63,292 nucleotides of DNA, filler included, from 21 parts of 21 records of this genome joined end to end with filler, not necessarily neighbours in it; one strand, 5' to 3'. Shown: positions 10,816-22,500, counted from the whole stretch's first letter. The notes: a model not told the origin generated them from the letters alone. Made by a program: numbers and translations.

Positions 10816-11873
10816 TGGTCGTATCAGTAAATTCAGAACCACATAAAAGCGAGTTCAACGCTTTGCTAAATTCAACGATTGAGGAATTAAACGCACACGC
10901 AAAAAAATCGCCTACAAAGATTGAGCAATTAAGAGGTAATAAATTAGAGCCATCTGTTGGCAATGTAATGACTGATTTAGCAGTCGGAACAGCCTTTGAA
11001 AACTCGATAGAAGTAATTGGAGGTCAAAAATTTCCTGACATTGTTGCAAAAAAGTTTTATGGAATCGAGGTTAAAACGACAACTCAAAATCATTGGAAAA
11101 CAACTGGGAATAGCGTTTTAGAGTCAACAAGAGTAAATGATGTTGAACGAATTTTTATGCTTTTCGGTAAATTGGGAAAACCAATAGAATTTAGATGTAG
11201 AGCTTACGAAGAATGTTTGTCAGAAGTGGTTGTTACACATTCGCCAAGGTATTTAATTGATATGAACTTGGAAAAAGGGAAAACAATTTTTGATAAAATC
11301 AATACATCTTATGACACTTTGCGTCAAAAGAAGAATCCAATCAAACCTATAACTAATTACTACAAAAGCAAATTAAAACCTGGACAGGATTTATGGTGGC
11401 TCGACCAAGACAGTGAAAAGTCAAGTAATCTTGTAATTAATATATGGAATAATCTTTCTACTTCCGAACAAAATCTTTATGTAAATGAAGCTATGATAAT
11501 GTTTCCAGAGATTTTTGGTCATCGTCAAGATAAATATAGTCGTTTTGCAATTTGGTTAGTCAAAAATGAAGGAGTCGTTTGCCCAAATGTTAGAGATGCT
11601 TTTACAGCAAAAGGTAAAGCAAATATCTTTTTAAACAATAAAGAGTACAAAGAGGTTCCAAGAATTTTTATAAACCTTTTTGAAAACATAGGTTCAATAG
11701 TTGAAATTTTAACGAATATCTCAGCAATCGAATTATCTGAATATTGGAACTTAAAAACTACCAAAAGGAAAAAGATTATGGATTGGATTGAGATAGTTTC
11801 AACAAATTCAAAATCTGTTCGTGGGACAAAACATTTGAATATAAAACAAATGTTAACGGAATTAATACTCTGA
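10815..11873 (+). CDS. Putative PD-(D/E)xK type II restriction endonuclease
   Basis: FPDIVAKKFYGIEVK (PD...ExK); translationally coupled (TAATG overlap) to the MTase. Confidence 0.75.
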   Translation: MVVSVNSEPHKSEFNALLNSTIEELNAHAKKSPTKIEQLRGNKLEPSVGNVMTDLAVGTAFENSIEVIGGQKFPDIVAKKFYGIEVKTTTQNHWKTTGNSVLESTRVNDVERIFMLFGKLGKPIEFRCRAYEECLSEVVVTHSPRYLIDMNLEKGKTIFDKINTSYDTLRQKKNPIKPITNYYKSKLKPGQDLWWLDQDSEKSSNLVINIWNNLSTSEQNLYVNEAMIMFPEIFGHRQDKYSRFAIWLVKNEGVVCPNVRDAFTAKGKANIFLNNKEYKEVPRIFINLFENIGSIVEILTNISAIELSEYWNLKTTKRKKIMDWIEIVSTNSKSVRGTKHLNIKQMLTELIL

Positions 11874-12302
11874 CGGAATTGCCAAAGCTAAAAGCCATAC
11901 ACATTTGCAATTCGCACCAGCCAATGCTACACCAAAAATTGTAAAAGAGTATGTCTTTGCCATCGCTGAAAACCAAGCTGAAAGCCTACTGCTTATAGCC
12001 TAGATCCAANNNNNNNNNNNNNNNNNNNNNNNNNNNNNNNNNNNNNNNNNNNNTTAATTAATTAANNNNNNNNNNNNNNNNNNNNNNNNNNNNNNNNNNN
12101 NNNNNNNNNTTTTTTGTGAAAAAATTTGAAAATTGCAACACACGATTTTGTGAAAAAATTTGAAATATTTGCAAATGTGTGTCCTATTTTCCACTTAATT
12201 TCCACAGCACTGAACAGGCAAAGCTCGGTTAGCAAACATACACCCAAAAAAAATATTTTCAGATTTCAAGTCAACAAGTTTCTTTCCTATGCTTTTTTTT
12301 AG

Positions 12303-14343
12303 AGACTCGTATGAAGAATTAGAAGGGCAACCGACGGATCTCGCTACTGGCAACACTGATCCAGAATTAGCAGCTGTAACAACAACAAGAAATATTCTTT
12401 ATATAATGAAAGGTGGGCGGATTCAAAATAAAATTGCTCTTTCGTACAAGGGAACGGCATGTTGTTTTTCGCCCGATGATAGTGAATTAACTGTTGGTGG
12501 TGAGGTATGTGTTTTGGTGGTGTTCATGAAGTATTCTTACACAGACACACTCTTATAGCTGAACAAAATATATCACGTCTTGCTTTTGCTTCTCTCTGAG
12601 ATTGTTATTTTAAAAAAATCAAATTTTTGGTTTGTGGTGTAACTAACTATTACATGTTGTATTTTTTTTTGTCAGGATTTGATTTGCCAAAAACCGAAAT
12701 TCAACATGTAGAGCACGTTTATACATAAAAAACAAGGACAAAACACAGTTTTGTGTACTTTTAATTGGTTTTGTTTTAAATACGCTTTTTTTCCCTCTCT
12801 TTTGAACTTTTTCGGTGTCATGTGATGATTGTTGTTAATTTCGGGAACTTATAGGATGTTCTACACCCTCTTGTTGTCCAGTAACTTTACTTTATCAGGC
12901 ATTTTGTAACACAAGTCATGGCGTCTCACTTAATGTGGCGATGTTATCTATCATATGTTTTTGTATTTGGAAAAGAAAATACTGAGATTTGTTTTTATTT
13001 TTTTGGTAATTGGAATCAAATGGTAAAATAAACCTCGTTTGCATCATGCCATTGAAAACAAAGAAATGTTGTATGTCAAAAACAAGTTTCAACATTTTTA
13101 TATATTGATCATAAATATCAAGGATGGAGTGGGGCATTGCGCACATCTTTTGGCGTTTTTAAACTTTATGGTTTTCGGGCACTCAGGTTTGAAATGAAAG
13201 GCTCTACTGTAGTGGTTAAAGTGAAAAATGTACATGGCGGGGTGGTTGTGTTATTTATTTTCTTCTGTGAACTAGTAGTGTGTATAGAAATTTTGAAAAA
13301 TAACCACCCGACTGACCTTTTAAAATACATTGTACCTATTAGACAAGTTCACCAAATGTGAAAAAATAAGCATGTATTTTCAACAACAAGCGGATTAATG
13401 ATTCATTCCGAAGACGGTACCGAGCTATCTTATATGTGACAGGTCTTAAAGGTGGGAAAGTACTGTAGTGATTGCAAATATCGGATTTTAGTCTCACGAT
13501 TTTGCATTTTAGTGAATTGTGTTGTGTTTTGATTTTTAGGATAAAAAACTCCATGTGTATGATGTAAGTGCTTATGGAGCAACGGAGAAATATGAATTAG
13601 TACATGCACAATGTGCTGTTGTGACAACAATTACTTACTCAAGAGATGCAACATACATCACATGTGGAGACACTGATAGACACACATACCTCTGGGAAAG
13701 AGAGGGCTCCCATGAAAAGGTACATATTTTGTAGAATGTGTATAATTCGGTGTGCTTCATCCAAAACGTTTTTTTGCTGGGATAATTAAATGAAACAAAT
13801 ACATGTGATTCTCAATTGATTTTCCTGCTATGATTTTTTTTCCCTCGTGTAATAGATGTTGGAAAATACCAATATTTTTGCTTTGCTGTTTCAGAAACTC
13901 TCTTACATTTTTTCAAACCCCCTTTCGCGTTTTGTGGTCCAGTATTTGGTACAATATTGTTATCTGGTTTAACTTATTATAATAGGGTCTTTTCTAATAA
14001 ATCCCCATGCCGAACAATATTTTTGAGCTGAATTTTCCCTCCCTTCCATAACTCGCATGTTGTTGACCCGCACAACATTCTGCGAGGAATTATCGGTGAT
14101 TTAATGCCTACAACTATAGGAGCTAAATATTATTCTTAGAGTCCCCATTAATATTTTCTCATTCTTGTCCGTGTGTCGTTTTAGCCAAAAAATCCAACAG
14201 GATGGAAATATCATGGTGCAAGAGTTACAGGTGCTGATTGGACACTGGATGGAGTTAAACTTATTACAGGATCAGCAGATGAACAATTTATTGTGTGGCC
14301 TGAAGCGTCAAACGGAAAGAACAAAAAGAGGAAGAAAACTGAG
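12303..14343 (+). CDS. Eukaryotic WD40 protein, WDR1/AIP1-like C-terminal part; exons 12303-12504, 13540-13719, 14185-14343, partial at both ends
   Basis: Phase-0 GT-AG junctions give ...ACCFSPDDSELTVGGE|DKKLHVYDV...VVTTITYSRDATYITCGDTDRHTYLWE...K|PKNPTGWKYHGARVTGADWTLDGVKLITGSADEQFIVW. These are consecutive WD repeats with the AIP1-type W-x-x-H-x-A-R-V motif. Confidence 0.82.
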
Positions 14344-14617
14344 NNNNNNNNNNNNNNNNNNNNNNNNNNNNNNNNNNNNNNNNNNNNTTAATTAATTAAN
14401 NNNNNNNNNNNNNNNNNNNNNNNNNNNNNNNNNNNNNNNNNNNAAAATTCAGTCTTAAGGTTTGAAAATGCGATTGTGAAATTGTTAGGTAGTGGTTGGC
14501 ATTTTAGGCAAGAATTAAAAAAAAAGTGAGGATGCGGGTTCAATCCACACCGATGGCATTTTTATTTTTTTTGAAACATGGTAATTTTTTTATTTTTATT
14601 TTTTTGGGACATTTTAG

Positions 14618-16693
14618 ATCTTTCACGCCAAAAGCAGTAAGACGTTTGTGTACTGATCATCGAGATGAACAACGGGCCTCTTCTCAATATGAATTCGAAG
14701 TTCGCACACCAAATTTTTCTCGCAGAACGAATAGAAGCTCAAGATCAAATTCACCAAGAAATTCAATATCAGATGACAGCAAAGGATCAATAAATCGTCC
14801 AGGACTCAAACGTGTTGTCACACCACCCAAAAAGCATGAACAGGTACATAGTAATATACTTTCGGGTTAAAAGCGTGATTGCTCGAGAGGTTTTCAAATT
14901 AACCGAAAATGTTTTTTTCAGTCTATAAACCAACTGAACATGTGAACTTTGTGTTTTTTCCTGATTTAAAGAACTTTTAAGTAATTACAACACTGTTGGA
15001 TAATCGGCATTTTGCCAAATTTTTAATTTTCAAAATTGGTTTGCTCCGCATGCATAAACACAGTCGAGAGCCTGACCATAGAAAAATCGAGACAAAAACG
15101 AATTTATCCCATATTAGTTTTTAATTTTACACTTTTTAATTTAAAAACCGAGTTTTTTGGACCGTCGTGCTTATATCACGGCTAAAATTTTAATTTCAAA
15201 TTTTTGGGCATAAGAGTTTTTTGTTTTAACTTAACTGCCCATGTGATCCGATCCATTTTTCTCCATCGCAAGTTTTCACACGAATGAGGTATCAGGAACT
15301 AATTGTTGTTCCTAAAACCAATGGGATGATGTGGTACTTCGCAAAGTGCAGTATTTGAAGGTCCGGGTTTGGGAAATGCAAAATAAATAATTTGTTTTTC
15401 GCCAGCTAAATTTGTAATACTTGTTGGGGTGAATTGTCCCTTTTTGAGCTTATGTGCACTGTTTTCACATGTTTTTAAATTGATTATTCTGGCTCTTTTG
15501 AAACTTACTGGAACACCCGACGGGTTTTTTCTGGTCCTGCGGTGTTTTCAAGAGTGGATATATTTTTTTACCCAAAAAAAATTAGCCAGAAACACTTTTT
15601 GTGGGTGCTTTTCACATTTTTTTTGGGTGATGCTTTTAGTTTTTGTGTCTTGTTTGAGAAAGAAGTGTAAGGGGTTCCATCTATTTTACCACTCTCATAA
15701 CGATGCTTGGAATTGTGGTTTTCCATTAAATGTCACAAATTTATTTCACAACTAATTTCGATTTCACAACATTTTTCATTTCACAAATTTATTTGACAAG
15801 TATGCGGTATCAGACCTCATCAAGACACAAAACACAAATGGACTTTTAACTAAAAATTGAATTCTGATAAGCACACGGGCGGTTCACTTTTTTGATTATT
15901 TTCATATTTTCACACACGTTTAAGAACAATTTTTCACGGAGTTATTGGATATCGCCACTCACCCCCCTCGCTTCGTCGAAATGTCGCTCTACCTAAGCGT
16001 TTGCGTGCGTGCGCCACACAAGAATTTTATTTGTGAATTTTATTGGCGCGGAGGGAGGTGATCTTTTTTGAAGAAACGATTATTTATTTTTTCGCAGTCT
16101 CGCATTTAACAAACCACTCACCACGTCAGAAGTTGTAATTTTGCATTGCGTTTTTGTGCTTTCTTTCGCTGTGAAATTGAAACTAATAATATTCTCTTCT
16201 TGTTGCTTCTGGTCGCATGAAAATTAACACACTGCTCTCTATTTAAAAGTTTTTAGTGAAAAAATTCGATTACTAGTTTCAGCCCTCAGATGAGCCTGGT
16301 ATGATGAAAAATTGTTGGCTATTATGTTCGGTTGGGCGGTTTCAAAATCTGACTTGTGGAAATGTTTTTGGTTTTGTTCAAATCATAATCATGTAATTGG
16401 CAAATTTTGGTATATTTATTAAATTCGTATGTTTTATTCTTTTTTAGATCATTAAAAGACAACGCTCGATGTCATGCTCTTTTCCTTCGCCAACAAGCAT
16501 TCTTGATGAATTTTTTTGTCAACTCCCAGAACAAAACAGTCCCTCACAGAGTCCAAATCAGAGCCCAGAAACGCGCTTTCGAAGAAATCATATGCAAGTT
16601 ATTGGGTTTTCTCGCTCTCCTGTACGCAGACAGCGATCTAGAAAGCATTTGGTGCCTGTAGAATCTCCTGAGCACCGAAAAAGATCTCTGTGA
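14618..16693 (+). CDS. Eukaryotic Ser/Pro/Arg-rich protein C-terminus; exons 14618-14843 and 16448-16693
   Basis: cag|gtacat donor and tttttag|atc acceptor join in phase 0 (...PPKKHEQ|IIKRQRSMSCSFPSP...stop). Low complexity; no domain recognised. Confidence 0.5.
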
Positions 16694-16946
16694 TTTTTGT
16701 TGGACGAGATTGTAATTACTTGTAATTTTAGTATTGGAGTGTATTTTTTCAGTGGTGTAAATTAAACATGAATTTTTTAGTATTTTGGCTGTTTGTTCTT
16801 GTTACCATTTGACTGGATTNNNNNNNNNNNNNNNNNNNNNNNNNNNNNNNNNNNNNNNNNNNNTTAATTAATTAANNNNNNNNNNNNNNNNNNNNNNNNN
16901 NNNNNNNNNNNNNNNNNNNGACCACTCAGAAATGACTGCCGACCAC

Positions 16947-17438
16947 TCAGAAATGACTGCCTGTTACAGCAGCACTTTTAAAATGTTTTAAAACACCATT
17001 GACTAATAAATCAAATAAATCTATTTCGTTGTCTTTTTCTATATGGTGAATACCCAGTAAATGTTTATAGGTTAAGAAACTTTTTAACTTTACAGCATCA
17101 CGAATACTGGTATCACCTGTTACAAAGGTTGTGTTGCTTGACTTTGTTAACTCATATACTTTATCTGTTGGATTACCATCCTTATCTGGATTGAAAGTTA
17201 CTTTAATATGTCCCTTTCCTTTCTGCCTCTGAGTTAAAAAAATGTTTTCAGTTTCGTTATAATTGTAGGGTTCATTTGCGGATTGAAAAAAGTCTTTTAA
17301 AGCATAATAAAAAGAACTTTTTCCTGCTCCATTTTCTCCATAAACAAATAGATTCTTGCCATCTACATTAATTTGATGAGAACCTTTGGGGCTATAAAAG
17401 GCTTTGTAATTTTTTATATCAATGGTTTTTATCTTCAT
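16947..17438 (-). CDS. ABC/SMC-like AAA ATPase, N-terminal part (probably truncated at contig edge)
   Basis: MKIKTIDIKNYKAF...LFVYGENGAGKSS (Walker A). No Walker B or signature motif before the stop, which falls inside a duplicated 21-mer at the contig end. Confidence 0.8.
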   Translation of the reverse strand: MKIKTIDIKNYKAFYSPKGSHQINVDGKNLFVYGENGAGKSSFYYALKDFFQSANEPYNYNETENIFLTQRQKGKGHIKVTFNPDKDGNPTDKVYELTKSSNTTFVTGDTSIRDAVKLKSFLTYKHLLGIHHIEKDNEIDLFDLLVNGVLKHFKSAAVTGSHF

Positions 17439-17447
17439 CTATTTTTT

Positions 17448-17520
17448 AATTAAGAATTATGAATGCTTAATTATGAATGTTTACTGCTTTATTCATAATT
17501 TATAATTAGCAATTCATAAT
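17448..17520. repeat. AT-rich degenerate heptamer repeats (AATTATG/CATAATT) in inverted arrangement
   Basis: aattaagaattatgaat...aattatgaat followed by attcataatttataatt...attcataat in the intergenic gap. Confidence 0.6.
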
Positions 17521-19238
17521 TATCTAAGTGCCTCTTTTATGATTTTTACTTCTTCTATACTATCTAAAGTTTCTACTGCAAAACGTACCCGATGCTCTGG
17601 ATGATGCAAACGTTCAAACTCGCTTTGTATGATTGCCAATTTTTTTTCCTCACTCATCCTGTCGTCTATTGGTTTTAAATTGGTAAGATGTTTTAATATT
17701 TGTTTGTTGGCTTGTTTGAGTTCTTGCTCGAAATAGAGTTCAAATACGATCGCATCAATAATAGATTCAAAATATGCAAATACAAGATCGTAAGTATTAT
17801 TATGAACTAATAAATTTAGATAATCATATAGTAAATCAAAACATTTTTCAGTCCTAAGTGAAGGCTCAATAACTGGGATTTTATCAAAATAATCTCCAAA
17901 CCATTTAATACCATCTTTACCCCATATAACTCCCCCAAGTTTAAAATAGAAAAAAACAATACTCGAGTTTAAAATTGAACAATAATATTTTAAATTGTTA
18001 CCTACAGCAAAGGATGTTGAGTCTATTGAAAATTCATTACCATTTGATATTGCAAAAGAATTAATATTTGATAGTCTTGTCCAAATTATTTTAGGTTTTT
18101 CGAAAGAACTGTAATAAGTACATTTTCTTAACTCATACCATTCCTTTTTTCCTTTTCGAGCTTCATATACATTTTCTAAAGCACTTTTATATTCATTTAA
18201 ATAGTCAACAATATTTGGATATTTCATTATGTTAATCCCTGTATAAGTATAAAAGATGTAGTTATTAGGATCTTTACATTTCCATCTTTTCACTTCAGCT
18301 CCTTTAAAAACAGGTCGTAACACCTCATAATTTATTTTGTCTTTAAAAATTTCCTTCGCTTTATCCATAGGAATTAAAAAAACCTTATTAAGCCCTGTTG
18401 TAATGCCTCTGTTTATTGAAAGGTCTTCTATTTTACTTAATGAGGTTCCCTTATCTATTATTTTTTTTCTCAACCTCATAATTTTCTCATTATAAAAGCT
18501 CCATTGAGAGTCTTTATAATAATCACTATCTATTAGAGTGGTGTATTTGTAAACCTGATCTACAAACGATTGATTTAGATTATAATCAGTGAATTCTCCC
18601 GCTATTAACAGTTCTTTTCCAAATTTCCGATTTGCTATATGAGTTATTATTGTTCCAACATTAGCTTCATTAAATATTGGTATTTTATTTAAATTAATAA
18701 TAGTTTTAAGATTCTTTTCTGATAGAAACCTTCTTGTCGACTCACCATAATTTGTAAAACAGAACCTATTTGATGTAATATAGTTAAGTGTTCCTTTCTC
18801 TTTTATAGATAAATTGAGTCCTCTCTCATAAAATAGACTATAAATATCTCCCGATTTAATAAATGTAGTATAGCCTTGAATTTCATAGCTTTTCAACATA
18901 TTTACTGGAATTTTACTTTTATCTTGTAGTTGTATGTAAGGTGGATTGCCAATTACCACATCAAAACCAACAAAATCACCATCTTCATCTAATAAATTAG
19001 GAAATTCAAAACGCCATTCTACGGCATTTTTAAACAATACACCATCTTCCGTTTCTTGTTTTTGCTTTTCAAGTTTTACTAATTGTTTTTTTGCTTTGCT
19101 TATTTGTGTTTTTGTACCTACTTGTTTGCCAAATATGTCAGATTGTTTTAAGTTCTCTATCGCACCTCTTGCTTTAGAAAGTTCACCTATTGCTTTGTTG
19201 CCTAATGTGGTGGTAAAAGCACTTTTTATTTCTGTTAT
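17520..19238 (-). CDS. Type IIG (Eco57I/TaqI-like) restriction-modification adenine methylase, 5' partial
   Basis: WRFEFP...GFDVVIGNPPY, DIYSLFYERGL, TaqI-C-like region (GITTGLNKVF, WYELR, PKIIW, ILNS); frame open upstream to the contig edge. Confidence 0.9.
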   Translation of the reverse strand: MTEIKSAFTTTLGNKAIGELSKARGAIENLKQSDIFGKQVGTKTQISKAKKQLVKLEKQKQETEDGVLFKNAVEWRFEFPNLLDEDGDFVGFDVVIGNPPYIQLQDKSKIPVNMLKSYEIQGYTTFIKSGDIYSLFYERGLNLSIKEKGTLNYITSNRFCFTNYGESTRRFLSEKNLKTIINLNKIPIFNEANVGTIITHIANRKFGKELLIAGEFTDYNLNQSFVDQVYKYTTLIDSDYYKDSQWSFYNEKIMRLRKKIIDKGTSLSKIEDLSINRGITTGLNKVFLIPMDKAKEIFKDKINYEVLRPVFKGAEVKRWKCKDPNNYIFYTYTGINIMKYPNIVDYLNEYKSALENVYEARKGKKEWYELRKCTYYSSFEKPKIIWTRLSNINSFAISNGNEFSIDSTSFAVGNNLKYYCSILNSSIVFFYFKLGGVIWGKDGIKWFGDYFDKIPVIEPSLRTEKCFDLLYDYLNLLVHNNTYDLVFAYFESIIDAIVFELYFEQELKQANKQILKHLTNLKPIDDRMSEEKKLAIIQSEFERLHHPEHRVRFAVETLDSIEEVKIIKEALR

Positions 19239-19369
19239 NNNNNNNNNNNNNNNNNNNNNNNNNNNNNNNNNNNNNNNNNNNNTTAATTAATTAANNNNNN
19301 NNNNNNNNNNNNNNNNNNNNNNNNNNNNNNNNNNNNNNATCACCGCATCACCATCTGCAAGACTGCATG

Positions 19370-19458
19370 AAAAAAAAAGCGACAACTCCGTTAAGTGTTG
19401 CCGCTTTAAATGTTTTCACAACGGAATCATCCTTATTGTGAATTGATTTCAAATTGTA
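19370..19458 (-). ncRNA. tracrRNA (Bacteroidota type II-C)
   Basis: Minus strand: anti-repeat TACAATTTGAAATCAATTCACAAT, nexus-like AAGGATGATTCCG, TTGTGAAAACATTTAAA, terminal hairpin GCGGCAACAC-ttaacg-GAGTTGTCGC and a T-run. Divergent from cas9, with TAATTTAG (-7-like) at 19462-19469. Confidence 0.85.
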
Positions 19459-19572
19459 CGGCTAAATTAGGAAAAATAGAGGAATTGAAAAACAATTTTA
19501 TGGAAAAATAAAATTTTTAAAATTAAAGTGTACATTTATAACAAGAAATAATACTCTAAAATAAAAAATAAG

Positions 19573-22500
19573 ATGAAAAAGATTTTAGGTCTCGATTTAG
19601 GGACGACCTCCATTGGTTGGGCATTGGTTTATGAAGCTGAAAAAGAAAATAAAACCTCCGAAATTATAAAATTAGGGGTTCGAGTAAATCCTTTATCTGT
19701 TGAGGAAAAAACAGATTTTGAAAAAGGAAGACCTCTTTCTATCAATGCAGATAGAACCTTAAAAAGAGGAGCTAGAAGAAATTTACAACGTTTTAAGTTA
19801 AGAAGAGAACATCTTATGGAAATTCTTCTTAGAGAAAAATGGATTACTAAAGAGACACCGCTTACGGAAATAGGAAATAGAACAACTTTCCAAACCCTCG
19901 CTTTTAGAGCAAAGGCAGCAAGTAAAAAAATTGAATTGGAAGAATTTGCTCGTGTCCTTTTGGCAATCAATAAAAAAAGAGGCTATAAGAGTAGTAGAAA
20001 GGCAAAAAATGAAGAAGAAGGAAGCTTGATTGATGGAATGTCTGTGGCAAAGCAATTGTATGACCATCAAATAACGCCAGGTCAATTTGTATTTCGATTG
20101 TTAGAAGAAGGTAAAAAATACATTCCTGATTTTTATCGTTCCGATTTGCAAAATGAATTGGATGCCATTTGGGATTTTCAAAAACAATTTTATCCAGATA
20201 TTTTAACCGAAGATTTTTATAAAAAACTTCAAGGAAAAGGGCAACAGAGTAGTAGAAAACTATTTTTAGCAATTCACGGAATATACACTGCTGAAAATAA
20301 GGGAAAGCGTGATGACGTAAAAAAAAGGCAACATTATTCTTGGAGAAAAGAAGCCTTAGAAAAACAATTATCCGTAGAAGAAGTCGCATATGTTTTGGTA
20401 GAGATAAATAACCATCTAAATAAATCAAGCGGTTATTTAGGAGCTATTAGTGATCGGAGTAAAGAATTGTATTTTAACAAAGAAACTGTTGGAGAGTATT
20501 TATATAGACAAATTCAGCAAAACTCCAATACGAGTTTAAAAAATCAAGTGTTCTATCGGCAAGATTATTTAGATGAATTTGAAAAAATTTGGGAAACACA
20601 AGCACCCTTTTATCCGCACTTAACAACGGTTTTAAAAGAAGAAATTCGGGATGTTGTTATTTTTTACCAACGCAAATTAAAATCTCAAAAACATTTGATC
20701 TCTAACTGTGAGTTTGAAAAGCAGCATAAAGCCATTCCTAAATCCTCCCCCTTATTTCAAGAGTTTAAAATTTGGCAGGTTCTAAATAATGTACAGTTTA
20801 AAAATACGGAAACCAAAGAAATACATATTTTGGATGAAGAATTAAAAGAAGAATTGTTTGAGGAATTAAACCTTCGAGGAAATTTAAAAACAGATGATAT
20901 TTTAAAGCCTGTAGGATACCCTAAAAAACATTGGAAAATAAATTATAAAGAAGCGTTAGAAGGTAACAATACCAACAAAGCTTTGTATGATATTTATCAA
21001 CAAATCGTTGAAAATGAAGGTTACGGATTTGATTGGGCAAAAAAAACAGCGAAAGAAATAAAAGAAGAATTGAAGACTGTTTTTCCGTTAATAGGGATCC
21101 ATCCAGAAATATTAAATTTTAAGGCAGACTTAGAGGGAAATGATTTTGATAAACAGCCAAGTTATCAATTATGGCATTTACTGTATGCCGCAGAAGAGGA
21201 TTCTAAAATAGCAGAAGAAGATAAATTGATTTATGGAAATTCTAATGTCACTTTAAAAAAGAAACTTTTTAAAAAATATGGTTTCCAACCAGCATATGCT
21301 AATTTATTAGCAAACATTTCGTTTTTACAAGATTATGGTAGTTTGAGTGCAAAAGCGATTAAAAAAGTGTTGCCCTATTTAAAATCAGGAAATGAGTTTT
21401 CAAAAGCTTGTGTTTTAGCAGGTTACAATCACTCCCACTCTTTGACCAAAGAAGAATTGGCAAATCGCAGCTTAAAAGAAGGTTTAGAATTGTTGCCTAA
21501 AAATAGTTTAAGAAATCCTGTAGTTGAAAAAATATTGAATCAGATGGTACATGTTGTCAATCAAGTTATTGAAACGTATGGGAAACCGGATGAGATTCGT
21601 GTAGAGTTGGCAAGAGAATTAAAAAAGTCGACCAAAGAACGAGAAGAAATGACGAAATATATCAATTCAGGAAAAACAAGGCATGAGGAAATCAAAAAGA
21701 TTTTGAAACAAAAATTTGGGATAAATAATACCTCAAGAAATGATATTATTCGATACAAACTCTATGAAGAATTGAGTAAAAACGGATACAAAACTCTTTA
21801 TACCAATAGGTATATTCCAAAAGAAAAATTATTTTCAAAAGAAATTGAAATAGAACATATCCTACCAAAGGCAAAACTATTTGACGATTCTTTTTCTAAC
21901 AAAACGTTGGCGTATAGTCAAATCAATAAAGATAAAGGAGATACAACGGCTTTGGACTTTATAGAAAGCTCTTATTTTTCTGATTTGGACAATTACAAAG
22001 CACGGGTACAAACGCTTTTTAATGCCGGAGAAATTAGCAAGGCGAAGTACCATAAATTATTGATGAAAGAGCGTGAATTGCCAGATGGTTTTATTGAACG
22101 CGATTTAAGAAATAGCCAATACATTGCAAAAAAAGCAAAACAAATGTTAGAAGAGGTTGCTAGAACGGTAACGACAACTACGGGAAGCATTACGGATAAA
22201 TTACGGGAAGATTGGGACTTAATCAATATCATGAAAGAACTGAATTTACCTAAATATAGAGCATTAGGATTGACAGAGATCCAAGAGCGTAAGGAGGGAA
22301 AAAAAATAGAACAAATTGTAGATTGGACAAAACGGAATGACCATCGACACCATGCCATGGATGCTTTAACGGTTGCTTTTACCACTTACAATCATGTAAA
22401 CTATTTAAATCATTTGAATGCGTCTCGTTTAAAAGAAAATAAGATTTTATATGCTGTCAGGAATAAAATAACAAAAGTATATGCGTATAAAAAGGAAAAT

